A stretch of 64,000 nucleotides of DNA, taken from assembly GCA_021613535.1 (NCBI GenBank), contig CP075496.1, forward strand, positions 14,322,001 to 14,386,000. Direction: 5' to 3'. A program made the translations under genes and the position numbers. Source of the stretch: Adineta vaga (lineage: Eukaryota; Animalia; Rotifera). Of the stretch, positions 51,229 to 64,000 are shown one piece after another (position 1 is the stretch's first letter; each line of letters starts with the position of its first letter). The notes beneath the pieces were generated by a model that saw only the letters and a list, made by a program, of their open reading frames with translations, ran no database searches and was not told where the DNA came from.

Positions 51229-54200
51229 CGAATAAAATATCAATTTATTATCAATAAATATAAAACTGAATACGAGAGTGTGGGTGGTGTGTGACCAGAA
51301 TACTAATCTTTATTCACAACTTTTCTTTATGAAATCTGCCAAGTCTCAACATAGCGATTGATCTAACCAAAAACAATGATCTTGTCGAACATTTGTAATG
51401 ATACAATTGGTGTGATTGTATCGTACGTTGTGTTGTTCTAACTATTCCACAATAATGGACGAACCGATTCTTCGTTAAAATCAATGGGTATTTCTGTGCG
51501 AAGGAATACCCAATGAAAAATATTGATATTGAGAAGAAAAACTTGTCAAGATTCTTTCAAGTAAATTTATATCAAAAATTTGTGATGAATTTCGATCAGA
51601 ACTGTAATACGATGGTAGATACATATGGCAGGTCAATTATCGGTCAGCAGTTTTAGAGTACTATTTTTGCTGGCTAATGAATACAGATATGGTGCATTAT
51701 ACAATAAAATAATGAAATCTTCCAAGAATATTACACTACCGCTGCCATTAGTCATGTAGTTCTTACTCTGATGTAACATCACGTTTATTCTGTATATTAA
51801 TTGACACAAAAAGATTTGCATTAATCTTAGTTAAAGTTGTATATCAACCTTAGAAATTTGACTCGAACATAGTCGGAGGCAAATTTATTTTTCAGATTTG
51901 GAATTGGAGTTGGGCTGAATGGCAATACAGTAAAACCTTTCATTGTCGACACGTCCGTATATAGTCAACAATTTTGAAAGTCACAACTGTTTATTTTTTC
52001 AGGAAATGAGCCTCTCTATAGTGAATATTTGTATATCATTCTATATGATGAAGATTTTTGAAAAGTCTAGTGATAGCCATGTCCTATAAGTATAGTTGGC
52101 ACCATATTTGAGTAATTCTTGTCTGGATTCGTTTGAGTACTTTTGTTAACACTTTCGATGGTTGTGTTTGATGCAGAATTTGATCCTAATTATTTCAGTA
52201 AGATTTTTCAATCTCTTCTAAAGAAAACAACATTTGCACAGAAAAATCCTGATGAGAGACTATTCTCCCCTAGTTTTCAGTACATACATAGGTATGTATA
52301 TATAATGTTTTGATGATAAAGGTCTACGAGGATTACTCTGTTCCAAAAATCGTTTTACACAGAAAGATAGCCAGTGAAAACTGCATCATTGGGCATATGA
52401 ATAAATAAGATGATATGTTTCGTGGGATTTGAAGTTTTCATTAGATAGAATCATTATATAAAGGCAGACTGCTACCAAAGTTCTGTGCAAAGAGAAGAAC
52501 GATCAAGCGAGACTTTGCAAAGGTGAAGGAAAAAACACGTATTTCTGTTTACGTCTCTATGGCGGAGTGATACAACAATATTAAAAAATATTCCAAACGA
52601 AGTCCACTGTAAAGTCGTTGTCCACACCTCACCCGCTCAAAAATGTCCAGTTTCGACATAAAACGAAGTTTCAAATAGATGCAAAACTGAAAAGCATCAA
52701 TCCAAGAAAAAAGCCATGAGATAGGCTAGTATCAGAAAGAAGCTTCCAAGCGAAACCATATGATGTACATGTATAGGGAGTGGTCAGATAGATTTCTTGA
52801 GGATTAGATGATCTACTTGTTGGTCATTGCTTGATTTATAACTCCATCATATATCAAGACATCGAGCTGAAAATTTTACCGTAACCTCCTCACATCAGCC
52901 ACAGTATATGCTTCGAGTTTCTGTCCATTTGAACATTATGTTAGGATGTTCTATAAGCTTCACAATAGTTAATTACGTATAGGCTTATCCTATATACTGA
53001 TTGTAATCATTCTCGATGAACTGAGATATGTAAGCATTCCTAGGTTACGATAAATATTCAGTGTCGTATGTATATTTCTTTATTTCTCTCCAATTCCTCT
53101 CTCTTGTGTCACTTTAGAACTTATTTTGTATGTGCAATTTTGCAAACACTATATGTCAATTAGTATTTTTCTGCATTTCTTTCAACAATCAATCGTGAAA
53201 ATCGCTCGAATCAATAGTGTGATGGTCTTAAACCATTCACTTTCAAACCAGCATTTTCATAGAACTAATTTTCTCGATTCTTTCATGGAAATAGATTTCA
53301 GGTCTTGTACTAATACCGGTTTCCTGTGTTTATGGTTGCGCCTTTTTTATGATACATCTCAGACGCTGTAGAAAAAACATTCGACGACATTACATTGCCA
53401 TCGAAAAAATTGTGACACACCTTAATGAACGGTCTTGAAATCATGAATAGAGGAAGACAAAGAAGAGTGTCTGCTCAAGTAAATTTACTGTATGTCAATA
53501 AAAGCATTCTTTCAAATTAACACAGCCTTCCATTGACTATAGAACATCCTGTTCGATTACTTCATATGTTCTCGTGAGAGTTGTGTATAATATCGTTAAT
53601 ACAAAAACCAATTTTGTTGAAAGAACCGTCTTCATACGGTTTTGTAGAGAATTATACAGGCTATGTTTTGGAAAAAGAATCAAGCTTATATGTCGAAATT
53701 TGCGATAGATATTTACAAAATACTGAGAGGCTCATTTTACCCGGCGCATCCGTCATCACGAAATTCAAAAAAGCATGAGCTGTAAGTTCCTTCTAGTTTT
53801 AGTAGAAAGCTACACAAAGTTTTAAATTTTGCGTACAACTGAACATTGTCGATCTCAATGGAAAAACATCATTATTACGTTCATTTTCACTTGATTTTCC
53901 TACTTGATGAAATAGTCATTTAAAATAATAAAGAAAACGCAATAACAGTTGTTCAAAACTGAGTAAATTTGATCCGTCTTTGTCATGTCTACACACATAG
54001 TAAAACACATGATCAACTATAAAATCATGTCTAATGAAATCGTCTATTGAAGAAACATGATTCAAATATGTTAGATAAAATAACGCATCATATTTTCTTG
54101 CAGTCATGACAGACTCCTACGTTGAATAATAGAGACAAATCAAATAGAAACAAAAAAGACAGAGACAAAAGAAAAAAACTGATTTTATCAAATATACAAC

Positions 54201-54373
54201 GAGATTTAATGTCATTTCCGTAGATTTAGTTAAGAGAAAAATGAGAGGAGAAGAAGAAGAAGAGGAAAAAGGGAGATAAATAACAAATACTTGAAAAAAT
54301 TAGATTAATCTTGAACTCACTAAAGATTTGACATATTAAATGAAAATCTTTTATCTTTATTTTTAAAAAACAA

Positions 54374-54973
54374 ATGGCAACAAGTTTAACATTTAATTCA
54401 TATGATAATGATGATCATACACATTTATTAGAAAATTATCGTTATTTATCTGATCGTCGATGTCTCAAACAACGTTCAACTCATGCTCCCCTTGCATTAC
54501 GTCGAAGTTTTTCACTTGAAGATAGTTCAACTGATGTTGATACAAAATTGACACAAAAAACAAATGAACAATGTTCAACTAATTTATTACCATCACACAA
54601 TCCACAACTAAGTTCTTCACTAAATTCACTTTGTCTAAAACTTCGTCGTTATCAATTATTGCATGAATGTAATGAAGGTTTTGAAAAAATATGCGATGAG
54701 AATGATTTTGCTTGGTGGAAAACAGTTGCTCATTTAAGAACAATGTTTGAAAAACTTTTAATGGCACATCAAAGAAGACATTTTTATAATCCTGGTGTGT
54801 ATGAAAAAGATGAAGATATTCATTTTAAAAATTCAAAAAGACAAGGACGTCGTAATGCTGTCTGTGTTGGAATTGATCGACTGTGTTATAATGATCAACT
54901 TGTTTTATTTGCAACTATTGCAAATGAAGTTCAGTTAGAATTTAATCTTTTGTCTTCGGGATTTAAAGTGTAA
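54374..54973 (+). CDS. 199-aa protein with a PKI-like PKA pseudosubstrate motif, copy B
   Basis: Same length and largely identical to 44228-44827; upstream region 54010-54235 also matches 43830-44090. Confidence 0.8.
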   Translation: MATSLTFNSYDNDDHTHLLENYRYLSDRRCLKQRSTHAPLALRRSFSLEDSSTDVDTKLTQKTNEQCSTNLLPSHNPQLSSSLNSLCLKLRRYQLLHECNEGFEKICDENDFAWWKTVAHLRTMFEKLLMAHQRRHFYNPGVYEKDEDIHFKNSKRQGRRNAVCVGIDRLCYNDQLVLFATIANEVQLEFNLLSSGFKV

Positions 54974-55559
54974 ATTTAATATTTTAATTAACTACTTTTC
55001 TTTTCATTTCATTTCTGCTGTCATTTTGCTTTATGCTTTGTTTTATTTCGCAAAACAATATAACAACAATCAGTTCGATTTTTATAACAATTTGTTTCTT
55101 TGTCTGTTTATCATATCAATTAAGAAGAAGTTTATTAAAAATCTTTATTCTCGTCTTTTCTTCACAAACTATCATTAATTTCATATCACAATTTCTAAAT
55201 ATAAAAGTAAAAACGTGATATTTAGCTAAGTCAGGATCATGTTTATCATTGAGACTAGATTGATTTTAGAAAAATAACTTTATTTTCTTACGTGATTACG
55301 TTTGTCAATAAATCAACATATGTTATCCTTCACTATATGATTAATATAAGACATGACAAAAAAAACTAATAAATAGCTATTTAACTGAATAAAATATAGA
55401 ATCATGATTATCTTTATAAGTAGCTATAAAATCAAATTTTTGCTTCTATATCTGGAAAGGTTCAATTTTTATTAAAATAAACTTATAAAATGCGCTCGCC
55501 ATATGTCCATCAAATCCATATAGTATTGTCATATAGAGTCAAACCAAACGAATACCTTA

Positions 55560-56126
55560 CTGAACCCATTCATCAAAGGCAACATCATGTTCATTGTTTC
55601 ATCATAAAATATACCTATATATAATGTCTTTATCATAAGTATATCTTAAATATGTCAAATAGTAACACATTTTTCTTTCTTATCAACAAATCAGCGATCA
55701 TAACTTTCAATAGAATCAAACGCAAAATAAAGTTCAATGATGATGCTGATGAAGGTGTATTTTCGTACGATTCACAAATTATGCCGATTGTTGTAAAATA
55801 CTTGTTGATAAATGTGATGTGATCAAAAAATTTCTCTCCAGATTCAAGATTCTCGTATCTATGGAAAAGAACCATGCTACATATGATTGACATCGAATAA
55901 GACGTTTTTTTACTTCGCCACGAAATCGAGTCGACCATTGTAAGTTGATGATTCTTTTAACACGACGTTAATCACTGGACCACAGACTTTTGCAATTGCG
56001 ACCAGTTCATTAGTAGTTTCTAAAATGATTCAAAGATAATAGAGAAATAAAGATGCTAAATAACAAACTTTGCCATTCACATTGGGCATAGAACCTTTTG
56101 CATTACTATTGGATTGACGACTAGCC
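55560..56126 (-). pseudogene. Possible multi-exon gene relic, RRM-like
   Basis: Spliced piece TTNELVAIAKVCGPVINVVLKESSTYNGRLDFVAK|YENLESGEKFFDHI has an RRM-like pattern; the neighbouring exon does not join without a stop. Confidence 0.25.
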
Positions 56127-56568
56127 TAGAAAAAATACAGAACAGTGACAATAAAAGGATCATTTGAAAACATGATGGTCTGATCATAACGATCTGTTTT
56201 TATAAACGGTTAATCGATTGATGAAAATTGTCAATCGAGAAAGACATACTTGTTCAATAATACACATAGTTCAGAATGAGAGACAAAGTAAGGAAGAAAA
56301 TTGTAAGAAATGGTTAAACGGCCTTTCTTTATATGCTGACAAAGACAAAGACCAATATTGATGTTGCTGTGTGGAAGTACTAACACATTGGTTGATCTTT
56401 ATTCTCAAGTGAAGTATCAGATAAATTCTGTATTCTGCAATGGAAAAAAGTAAACAGTGGCATATCGAAGATAATCTAACTAATCAAGTGGAAAGGAGAT
56501 AGTTTATAAATTAAACAAAGAAAAACTTACCGAGTTTTTCCACCATGGGTTACTATTCAAACGATAGA

Positions 56569-56974
56569 AGTATTCAACTGTTGAGTTATTCTATTATCCC
56601 GCTGGCACCCTCAATATGTTGATACGCCTTCATACCCTCTCAGCACTCGCAATAAGCTGTTAACTCGCCATCACTCTCCCCCTCATTAAGAGAACTAAGA
56701 GAACTACGGATGAGTTATCATATCCAGAAAACCAAAGCGATATCATGTATGCATGTAAGGATTTTTTTATTGAAATCTTCTAAAATTCAAGCTATCTCGG
56801 AATTTGCTTAATTCTCTTCGTTTATCATATTAAGAGACTATAGACAAAACATTTTATATGATGAATTACAAAAATGTATGTTCTCTTAAATCCGCTAGTC
56901 CTCCCATTTCAGTTTTAATTAAGATCCATTTTTTCATTAAAATTCAGATTGAAATTCAAAAGACCATTATATGA
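56569..56974 (+). mobile_element. Dispersed ~400-bp repeat, copy A
   Basis: 56823-56974 is the reverse complement of 60762-60917 (CTTAAATCCGCTAGTCCTCCCATTTCAGTTTTAA); 56569-56705 matches the reverse complement of 61061-61198. Confidence 0.8.
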
Positions 56975-57823
56975 AAAAATGTGGTTAAAACTATGAAAAA
57001 GAAAGTAGAAAAAATAATGATAATTTGATGTTAAGAATGCGAAAAGGAGGTCAATCCAAGTTAGATTCGAATCATTTTTACAACAATATGGAAAATGAAA
57101 AGGACACGTGCATCTATATTTTAGATATAAAAGAAGTGATCGTGTAAATCGATGAAAGGAAGAAAAAATTAAAAAGTCTCCAAATCAAGGTCAAACTAAA
57201 AGTTTGGTGATTCATATGTATTTAGAACAGACATCTTCAAAAAAAAAACTTCCTGTAGAATCTATCTGAATTTCAATTGACTGCATGATACTTGCAACTT
57301 TCGAAAACTCGTAACAATCTAAAAAAACTACATGAACATACACATACGGTTTGATTGTTTGCATAAGTGATTTGATCAGTTCGTCTTTTACTATTTTATT
57401 ATTTCAAAAATATGAAAGTTAGTTATCTTTTTGAGATGTTCTTTTTGATAGTATAATACCATAATAATAATAAAGATTATTTTTGTTCAATGGTTATCAA
57501 GAAAGAAAGAAAGCAAAAATTAGTTTATAAACAAATTCATTTTTTGAAAACAAATAAACATTTGTTTAAACTTGAATAATCTATCGAAATATTTTACTCC
57601 TTTAAATATATTCTAATGTTAAAGAACAACATTCTTTCGATCTTTTTCTTTCATTTCTTTTCAAAGTTAGTTACCATTTGTTGGTATTGTTACCGTTTGT
57701 TGTTGCTTTCTCTACACATTAATTCTCCTGAGAATAATTCATTGCAAATACATTATATATTTTTGATTCATTCTTTCAAATAAATCAAAAGAAAGTTATT
57801 TTGTTTTTTTTATTCAAAAAATC

Positions 57824-59396
57824 ATGGTCAATGAAAATACAATTAAACGTTTAATATCATTTGTGCATAATCTTGAAGAAAAATTAATTTCAGTGAAATC
57901 AATCCATGATAATTTACAAGAATTAATGATAATTGTTTCAAAAACACATGAAAATATTAATGATGATTTACAAAATATGAAAAAACTTTTAAACCAAATT
58001 ACAAATGATCAGTTAAGTTTTTTATTCGTTTGGCTTTTTTGTGGACGTTTTCTTTTTCCTTGTAGAAATAATCCAAAAGAGGATAATCAAGAACAAGACA
58101 ATAATATGAATGGTAATCGACCTAGACGTTCATCATTAATTCATTCAAATGAAAACAACAAAAAATCTGATCAATTATCTCGAATGAAACTATCAAAATC
58201 TGTTAGTTTTAGTTTAGAGAAACGATTTTCAAAAGAAACAAGTTATTAACGAATCAAATGATTTCTTTCAAAAAAAAACTGTCGTATTTTATTTAGAAAA
58301 TGAACCGTCTGATGAAACAATAGTACCAATATCATCAAATCCACCAATAAATGGAAAGTATTGAAGAAATATTTCTTTCTTTTCTTTTCTTTTCTTTTCT
58401 TACAATTAATATTTTTGTAGAATTTTAACAAATATTCGTATTTATGAAATTGAACCAAAAAATGGTGATTATCTTCGATTATTAAATGTATCAAATTCAG
58501 ATGATTATGATTTAAGTGGACATTTTATTCAACAAAATGTGCCTTCAAAACCTTTATGTCGGTTTCGTTTTCCATTCAATACAATTATTCAACCTGGACA
58601 AACAGTTACAGTAAATAAATATTTAGAAAAGTTTCAATTTAGTTTTTTTTCTCTACTATTTAAAGATTTGGTGTGGACATACAAACGATATAAATCCACA
58701 GCCACCATACGTTTTTGTTTGGAAAGAACAAAGAAAATGGGAAACAGGAACGGAATGTCTTACTATTTTAGCTAAACCAAATGGACAGGTAAAAATTTCT
58801 TTTTGTTTAATCATCAAATATTATTTTAATTTTTTAGTCAATTGCATGGTATAGAAATCCATTTACTAATAATATAGATCAATCATCAAGTAAAATAACA
58901 TTATATTTTAGTTCTCTACTAATAGAGATTGTTTTAGGTGATATTTTATTAGTTCATTCAAAATCTAATCTGATTTCAACGGATTCACCAAGTATTTTAA
59001 GGTAATGAATAAATTTGATTTCTTTTTTTGATTAAAATATTTTTTTTGTTATTTTAGAATTTCATCTCGTTTAAGTGCAAGACCAGCTCGTCTTTCTGCA
59101 TTTAATTCATTTGGAAATTCGAAATTTCCATTTACTCATTCACCAAATAATATTATTCATCCAGATCATAATGAGACATCATCAAATGATCTTCGTTCAC
59201 AATTAAATCAAAGAGTTTAGATTAAAAAATGAATTTGTTTTTTTTTCGAAACAAAATTTTTCATTTTATTTAGGTTGGTCTTTCATATTTATATCCACGT
59301 GCTAAATCTTCATCATTTACTGGACGAACAAATGGTAAACAAGATTTTCTTTTCTCACAAACTGAACAACAAAAACAACCAACAATAAAAACTTAA
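57824..59396 (+). CDS. Lamin-tail-domain-containing protein (LMNTD-like), multi-exon
   Basis: Short N-terminal coiled coil; LTD IRIYEIEPKNGDYLRLLNVS..DYDLSGHFIQQNV...FRFPFNTIIQPGQTVT|IWCG...QPPYVFVWK...WETG..CLTILAKPNGQ|SIAW. Confidence 0.82.
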
Positions 59397-59592
59397 ATTT
59401 AATCGTTTTTTTTCTAAATAAAAAGAACATTAAAATATTAATTTATAATGAAATTATTTTCTACGTTCGTTCGTTTATTTCTTCTTCGTCTTCTTTTTTT
59501 ATGAAAAATTTTCTTCATTAAAAAAGAATGAAAGAATAGTTTGAATAAGATTTAAAAGAAAAAAAGAAGATATTTAAAAGTTATTTCTTTTA

Positions 59593-59800
59593 TCTAAGAA
59601 TTCGATTATTATTTGCTGCTGTTATTGTTGATTGAGAAACAGTTCCACAACATTTTTCACGTATTTCTATTTGAATGAAAAAAATATTTTGAAAAATTAA
59701 TCAATTTTATCCTATTAAAAAGAAAACTCACGCCCAGAACTTGGAAATTGTACTGTTGTTGTGCTCGAAACTGTATAAATGGTATTTGATATAATATTTA
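59593..59800 (-). pseudogene. Orphan 3' fragment paralogous to the gene at 63090-63947
   Basis: Terminal exon CCGTVSQSTITAANNNRILR* resembles YCGSADQSTITTAINNQTVG*, with an intron at a similar position; no 5' part. Confidence 0.6.
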
Positions 59801-59803
59801 GTT

Positions 59804-60193
59804 TTATGATACCCATTCAGCTAATTCAGCTGATGGTGCAACTGGTTGTGCATATGTTCGAATTTGAGCAGATACTGTTGGTAAATCAATATGTGCCATT
59901 TCATTTGATAACTCATGTTGTTCAACTTGTTGTAAAGTTTTTTCTAAACGTTTCTTTCGTTTTAATGCATTTAAAGCATTATGTTTATTTGTTCGAGCAT
60001 TACGACGTGCAATTGCTGTTTCTTCATTAATTTTCGCTTCTAAATAATGTTCGACTTTTTTGTTTAAAACATCCTCAGCATCACGTAACTATTGAATTGC
60101 TTCTTGTGGTGTTTGAGCTGTTTTAACTTTAGTGCCACTTTTTCCAGTACCACCAAATATTTTTGATAAAGCACTACCCTTATTTCCACTCAT
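59804..60193 (-). pseudogene. CHMP4 pseudogene copy 1 (internally deleted, frameshifted)
   Basis: MSGNKGSALSKIFGG...TPQEAIQ*LRD; skips from exon 1 into part of exon 2 and then exon 3; ends AELAEWVS*. Confidence 0.9.
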
Positions 60194-60761
60194 GATCAAT
60201 GATATATTTCCTTTTTCTTTTCAAAGGATAAACAAATATCTAAATAAAACTAAAGATAAGAATATTTGTCAAGTCTGCCGTCGTTTTCTTGATTATTTTG
60301 ATATGGGAACAAACAATCAACTTCCTATTGAGAGAAAAAATATTTATATTGTTCAACAGAACGATTTTCGTAATTAAACAATGTTCTTTATTGAATAAAG
60401 GTTATTCTAATACATATATTCCTATAGTTATTAATGTTTTCTGTTTGATCGATGAACATCAACTTGGATCTTATGTAGATACATATGCTTCGCATACAAT
60501 TCCGAGTCTATGGTCTTTTATATTTCAAATTTAATTTAAAAAAAAACATAGGTGTTACTTTTGGATCCATCATGAAGGTAATACTGAAAAACTCTACACC
60601 TGTTGGAAAATTAGATTACGAGATTCAGTAAGTGTTTCACTTAAATCTTTATCGATAAAATTGATCTTTTCATTTTTATAGATTCGACAATGCAGATTCG
60701 ACAAAAAAGCTTTATAATCATATGGCAATGATCAATGAATTTTCACAAGATCCTGGAATTG

Positions 60762-61198
60762 TCATATAATGGTCTTTTAAATTTCAATCAGAATTTTAAC
60801 GAAAAAAATGAATCTTAGTTAAAACTGAAATGGGAGGACTAGCGGATTTAAGAAAACACACATTTTTGTAATTCATTATATAAAATGTTTTGCCTATAGT
60901 CTCTATTAACATGATAAGTTACGATAGTTAAGAAGACTAAGAGGACTAGAAGAAGTTATCATATTCAGAACATCAAAGCTATATCACGTATACATGTATG
61001 AATTCTTTTGATTGAAACCTTCAAAGATGCGAACTATCGCGCAATTTTCTTGGTCCTGTTAGTTCTCTTAGTCCTCAATATTGAGGTTGCAGGGGGTGTG
61101 GTGGGGTATTAGTATATTGAGGGTGCGGGGAGGGTGTTGGCGGTGTAATGGAATAACTGAACAGTTGCATAAATAGGTAACTAAATAGTTGAATACTT
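60762..61198 (-). mobile_element. Dispersed ~430-bp repeat, copy B (inverted relative to copy A)
   Basis: See copy A; internal segment bounded by GACTAAGAGGACTA...TAGTTCTCTTAGTC. Confidence 0.8.
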
Positions 61199-61476
61199 GA
61201 GTTCTAGTTTTGAGCACTATACTACGGGTATGGTTTCCACTCTAATATTGATTCCGTATGAAATCAGTAGTGTAGAAATCGTTAACTCGATTCGACTATT
61301 AAACTTACATATCTAGAAGTCGAACCTTCGAGTTTTAAAATAGTGAACCTGCAGACTTTCCTAGCTCTCCAACAGCCTCACCCACACTCACACCCACACC
61401 CTAAAAACTTAATTTCCATTTCTTTTTTCAATAAATTTAATAACTAAATCTTATTGTTTTTTTTTCGAATACATAT

Positions 61477-61962
61477 TCAAACTTTGGATTTCAATCTGGA
61501 TGATGTGTAAATAAATAAACAATGATATTTCAATAAGTCCTTCGAACTCGATCGAAATATAATCGGATTGTCTTTCCAAAAGTTATCGGGAACACAGAGA
61601 CAGACTGATAGTATAGCATATACGAAAAGCAAAGTGCTAATAATATATTTCCTTGTGTCCTTCATATATTTCATATCTACTTTTAATGAATTAATATTTC
61701 TTTTCACATTAACATTATCGAAAAGGCCTTCCAAATTGCTTGTACGATAAACAAAGGTGTCATTAAGGAAATAGGATATTATACTTTCTCCCAAGGTGAA
61801 AATTCCCTGAAGTCTGTCATTTCTTCCTTCTAAATATTTGACTTTTTTATTTAAAACATCCTGTAACTGTTGAATTGCTTTTCCAGGTGTTTTAGCTTTA
61901 GCATCATCTTTTCCAGAACCACCAAATATACGAAACAAAGCGCTACCTTTATTTCCATTCAT
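61477..61962 (-). pseudogene. CHMP4 5' fragment (copy 2) fused in frame to unrelated sequence, 161-codon chimeric ORF
   Basis: MNGNKGSALFRIFGGSGKDDAKAKTPGKAIQQLQDVLNKKVKYLEG is CHMP4-derived; homology is lost after ~61825 but the frame stays open. Confidence 0.75.
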
Positions 61963-63089
61963 GATCAGTAATAATATTCCGTTTTTTCTCAAAGAAATAA
62001 ATATCTAAGTAAAAGTAACGATGAGAATATTTGTCAAATCTGACGTTATTTTTTGATGATTTTAATATCAGATTAAAACGTAAGAATGACTACATGACTT
62101 ATTCAACAAACAACCAACTTTATATTGAATAGATATTATTTTAATATATAAAATGATATACAGTATATAGTTATTTTTCTTGTGATTCACAAATGAATAT
62201 ATCAACTTCAATGTTTATTAAGTAGGCTCAAAAGTTACACACACGATTCCCGGTACTGGTGTATATTTGTTAATGGTTTTCATATGCGTAGGAAACTTTT
62301 CGACAGAATCGAAATCTTCATATCCATAAAAAAACGAGCAATTCTATATATATTGATTTAAATGAGTAGCTTACTCTACAAGTCTATGGTGAATTATATA
62401 TCAAATTGACTTTTGAAGAAAGAACGATGTTATGTTCGAGGTGTGAATAGAGAAGACGTGAGTGGATTTAGTCAGTTAGAACATAACTCTTTTTCTTTTG
62501 ACTTTCCAATAACTTATATACAATAACAATAACAAAGAGAGAGAAAATTATAACAGATTTCACAATCGTTTAACTATAACAAACGATTTTCGTATATAAA
62601 AGTAGTGGAGACTGAGGAACTAACGAATTAAAAACTCTTTAACAATGAATATAGAAAGAGATATGGACTTTCGTACGACTTCAATACTAAAGTTGAATTC
62701 AATGCAATCACCTCGAATTATCTATTGCCCTTTCTCTTAGTTGAGACTGAAATATAACAGACCATTGTATGCAATCCTCACGGTCGAACAAATGAAAAAC
62801 AAGATTTTATTATTTCTCAACCAACAACGAAAACTTAATTCATTTTTTTCCAAATCTTTTTTCTTGTCCTTCAGAAAGTGAAAATCCTCGCGCCATCATT
62901 AGTTGTAATCAATAGCTTTAGTTTTTTAGGTGGATAATGTCTACTTCGTAAATAAAATATAAATTCTAAAAAATTTATTCTTAATACGCCCTTAATTTTT
63001 CCTTTCTTTAAAAAAAAACTTATTCTTAATAATAATAATAAAAAGAATATCTAATTATGTAGAAAAAAGATGTGAGAAAGTAATATCTT

Positions 63090-63947
63090 TCATCCAACTG
63101 TTTGATTATTAATAGCTGTTGTAATTGTTGATTGATCAGCACTTCCACAATACATTGCACCCGTTTCTATTCAATTTATTTAGAAAAAAAAAACAATTTA
63201 TTTCATTTTTAATAAAATAAAATAAAAACAAAACTTACGTCCATAATTTGCAAATGTTAATGTTGTTATATTATAAACAGTAACACTTGTACTCCCAATG
63301 ATTACTGTTGGTACATTTGTATATTGAGTTGTTGATGTTGATCCCAAAGCATTATTAATTTGTTTCATTCGTGAGATTCGACATGCACTATTTCCTGTTG
63401 ATGATAAACTATTATTTATACCTGAAGTTATTCCTTGATCAATACATCGAGTAGAATAGTAAATAATCGCTGGACATAACAAAAATATTGATGTGGGTGT
63501 ATTTGTTGCTGTTGTTGTTGTATTTGTTATACAATTGGATAATGAACATAAAGATATTAATGTATCACTTTTATAGTTTTGTAATATTCGGTAACACTAA
63601 GTTTAGAAAAAAGAAGAATTTATTTCGATTTTCAATCATTTTCTTCATTTACCGCTTGATTTAATGGATAACCTGTTGATATTGATGCACCAGCTGTAAT
63701 TGCAATAGATGAATTAATAGTAGCAAGCATTTGTAATTGATTAATACAATATTCTTTAAAAAAATGAATAAAAAAATTAAATTATATTAAATAGAACAAA
63801 AGAGACAAACTTTCTCCCAATGGAGTTAAATCTTGTTTTGATAAATATGTTGGAATAAGAGATACAACAACTGCTACAGCTATTCCAATAAATAATGTAA
63901 AGATTAAACATGCACCTGCTGAGAGAATTAAATTTGAATAAGATGAG
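63090..63947 (-). CDS. Lineage-specific type II membrane protein with a Ser/Thr/Cys-rich ectodomain, 5'-partial, multi-exon
   Basis: TM LIFTLFIGIAVAVVVSLIPTYL; GT-AG introns; a donor gtaagt at 64000 shows the gene continues beyond the window; stop TGA at 63090. Confidence 0.72.
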
Positions 63948-64000
63948 CTAGAAATAGAATTGAAAAGATTCAATTGAATATATTACAATATTTTACTTAC

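Noticed and set aside
51400-53800. Short ORFs and coding-like patches downstream of the ART receptor
   Set aside because: No recognisable motifs or consistent exon chain; probably decayed repeats or pseudogene debris that I cannot identify.

Overview
AT-rich eukaryotic genomic DNA with many 50-60 bp spliceosomal introns. The gene content (expanded short GPCRs, a DYW-PPR relic, an ART/FG-GAP gene, TGTGGG-like repeats) points to a bdelloid rotifer; this is an inference. Intact conserved genes, rebuilt by joining ORFs across GT-AG introns: PARP1 (5'-partial), a class A GPCR, MRT4, IDH3 gamma, CDK5RAP3, TPP2, CHMP4/SNF7, a WCPPC nucleoredoxin/tryparedoxin-like gene, PX-PH phospholipase D and a lamin-tail-domain gene. 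Lineage-specific genes, decayed local duplicates and transposon relics lie between them. Main points: (1) a 4-exon, ~1147-aa predicted type II receptor joining a cytosolic R-S-ExE ADP-ribosyltransferase through one TM helix to ~14 FG-GAP repeats, in a ~9 kb block between two copies of (2) a 199-aa protein with a complete PKI-type PKA pseudosubstrate motif; (3) a U2-like AT-AC intron splitting the Trp codon of the PARP1 WGR motif; (4) three tandem single-pass genes whose ectodomain is almost pure poly-Thr; (5) a frameshifted DYW deaminase relic; (6) repeated microhomology-bounded deletions in gene duplicates; (7) an inverted repeat pair with an internally flipped segment. All exon boundaries were read by eye and no database searches were run.
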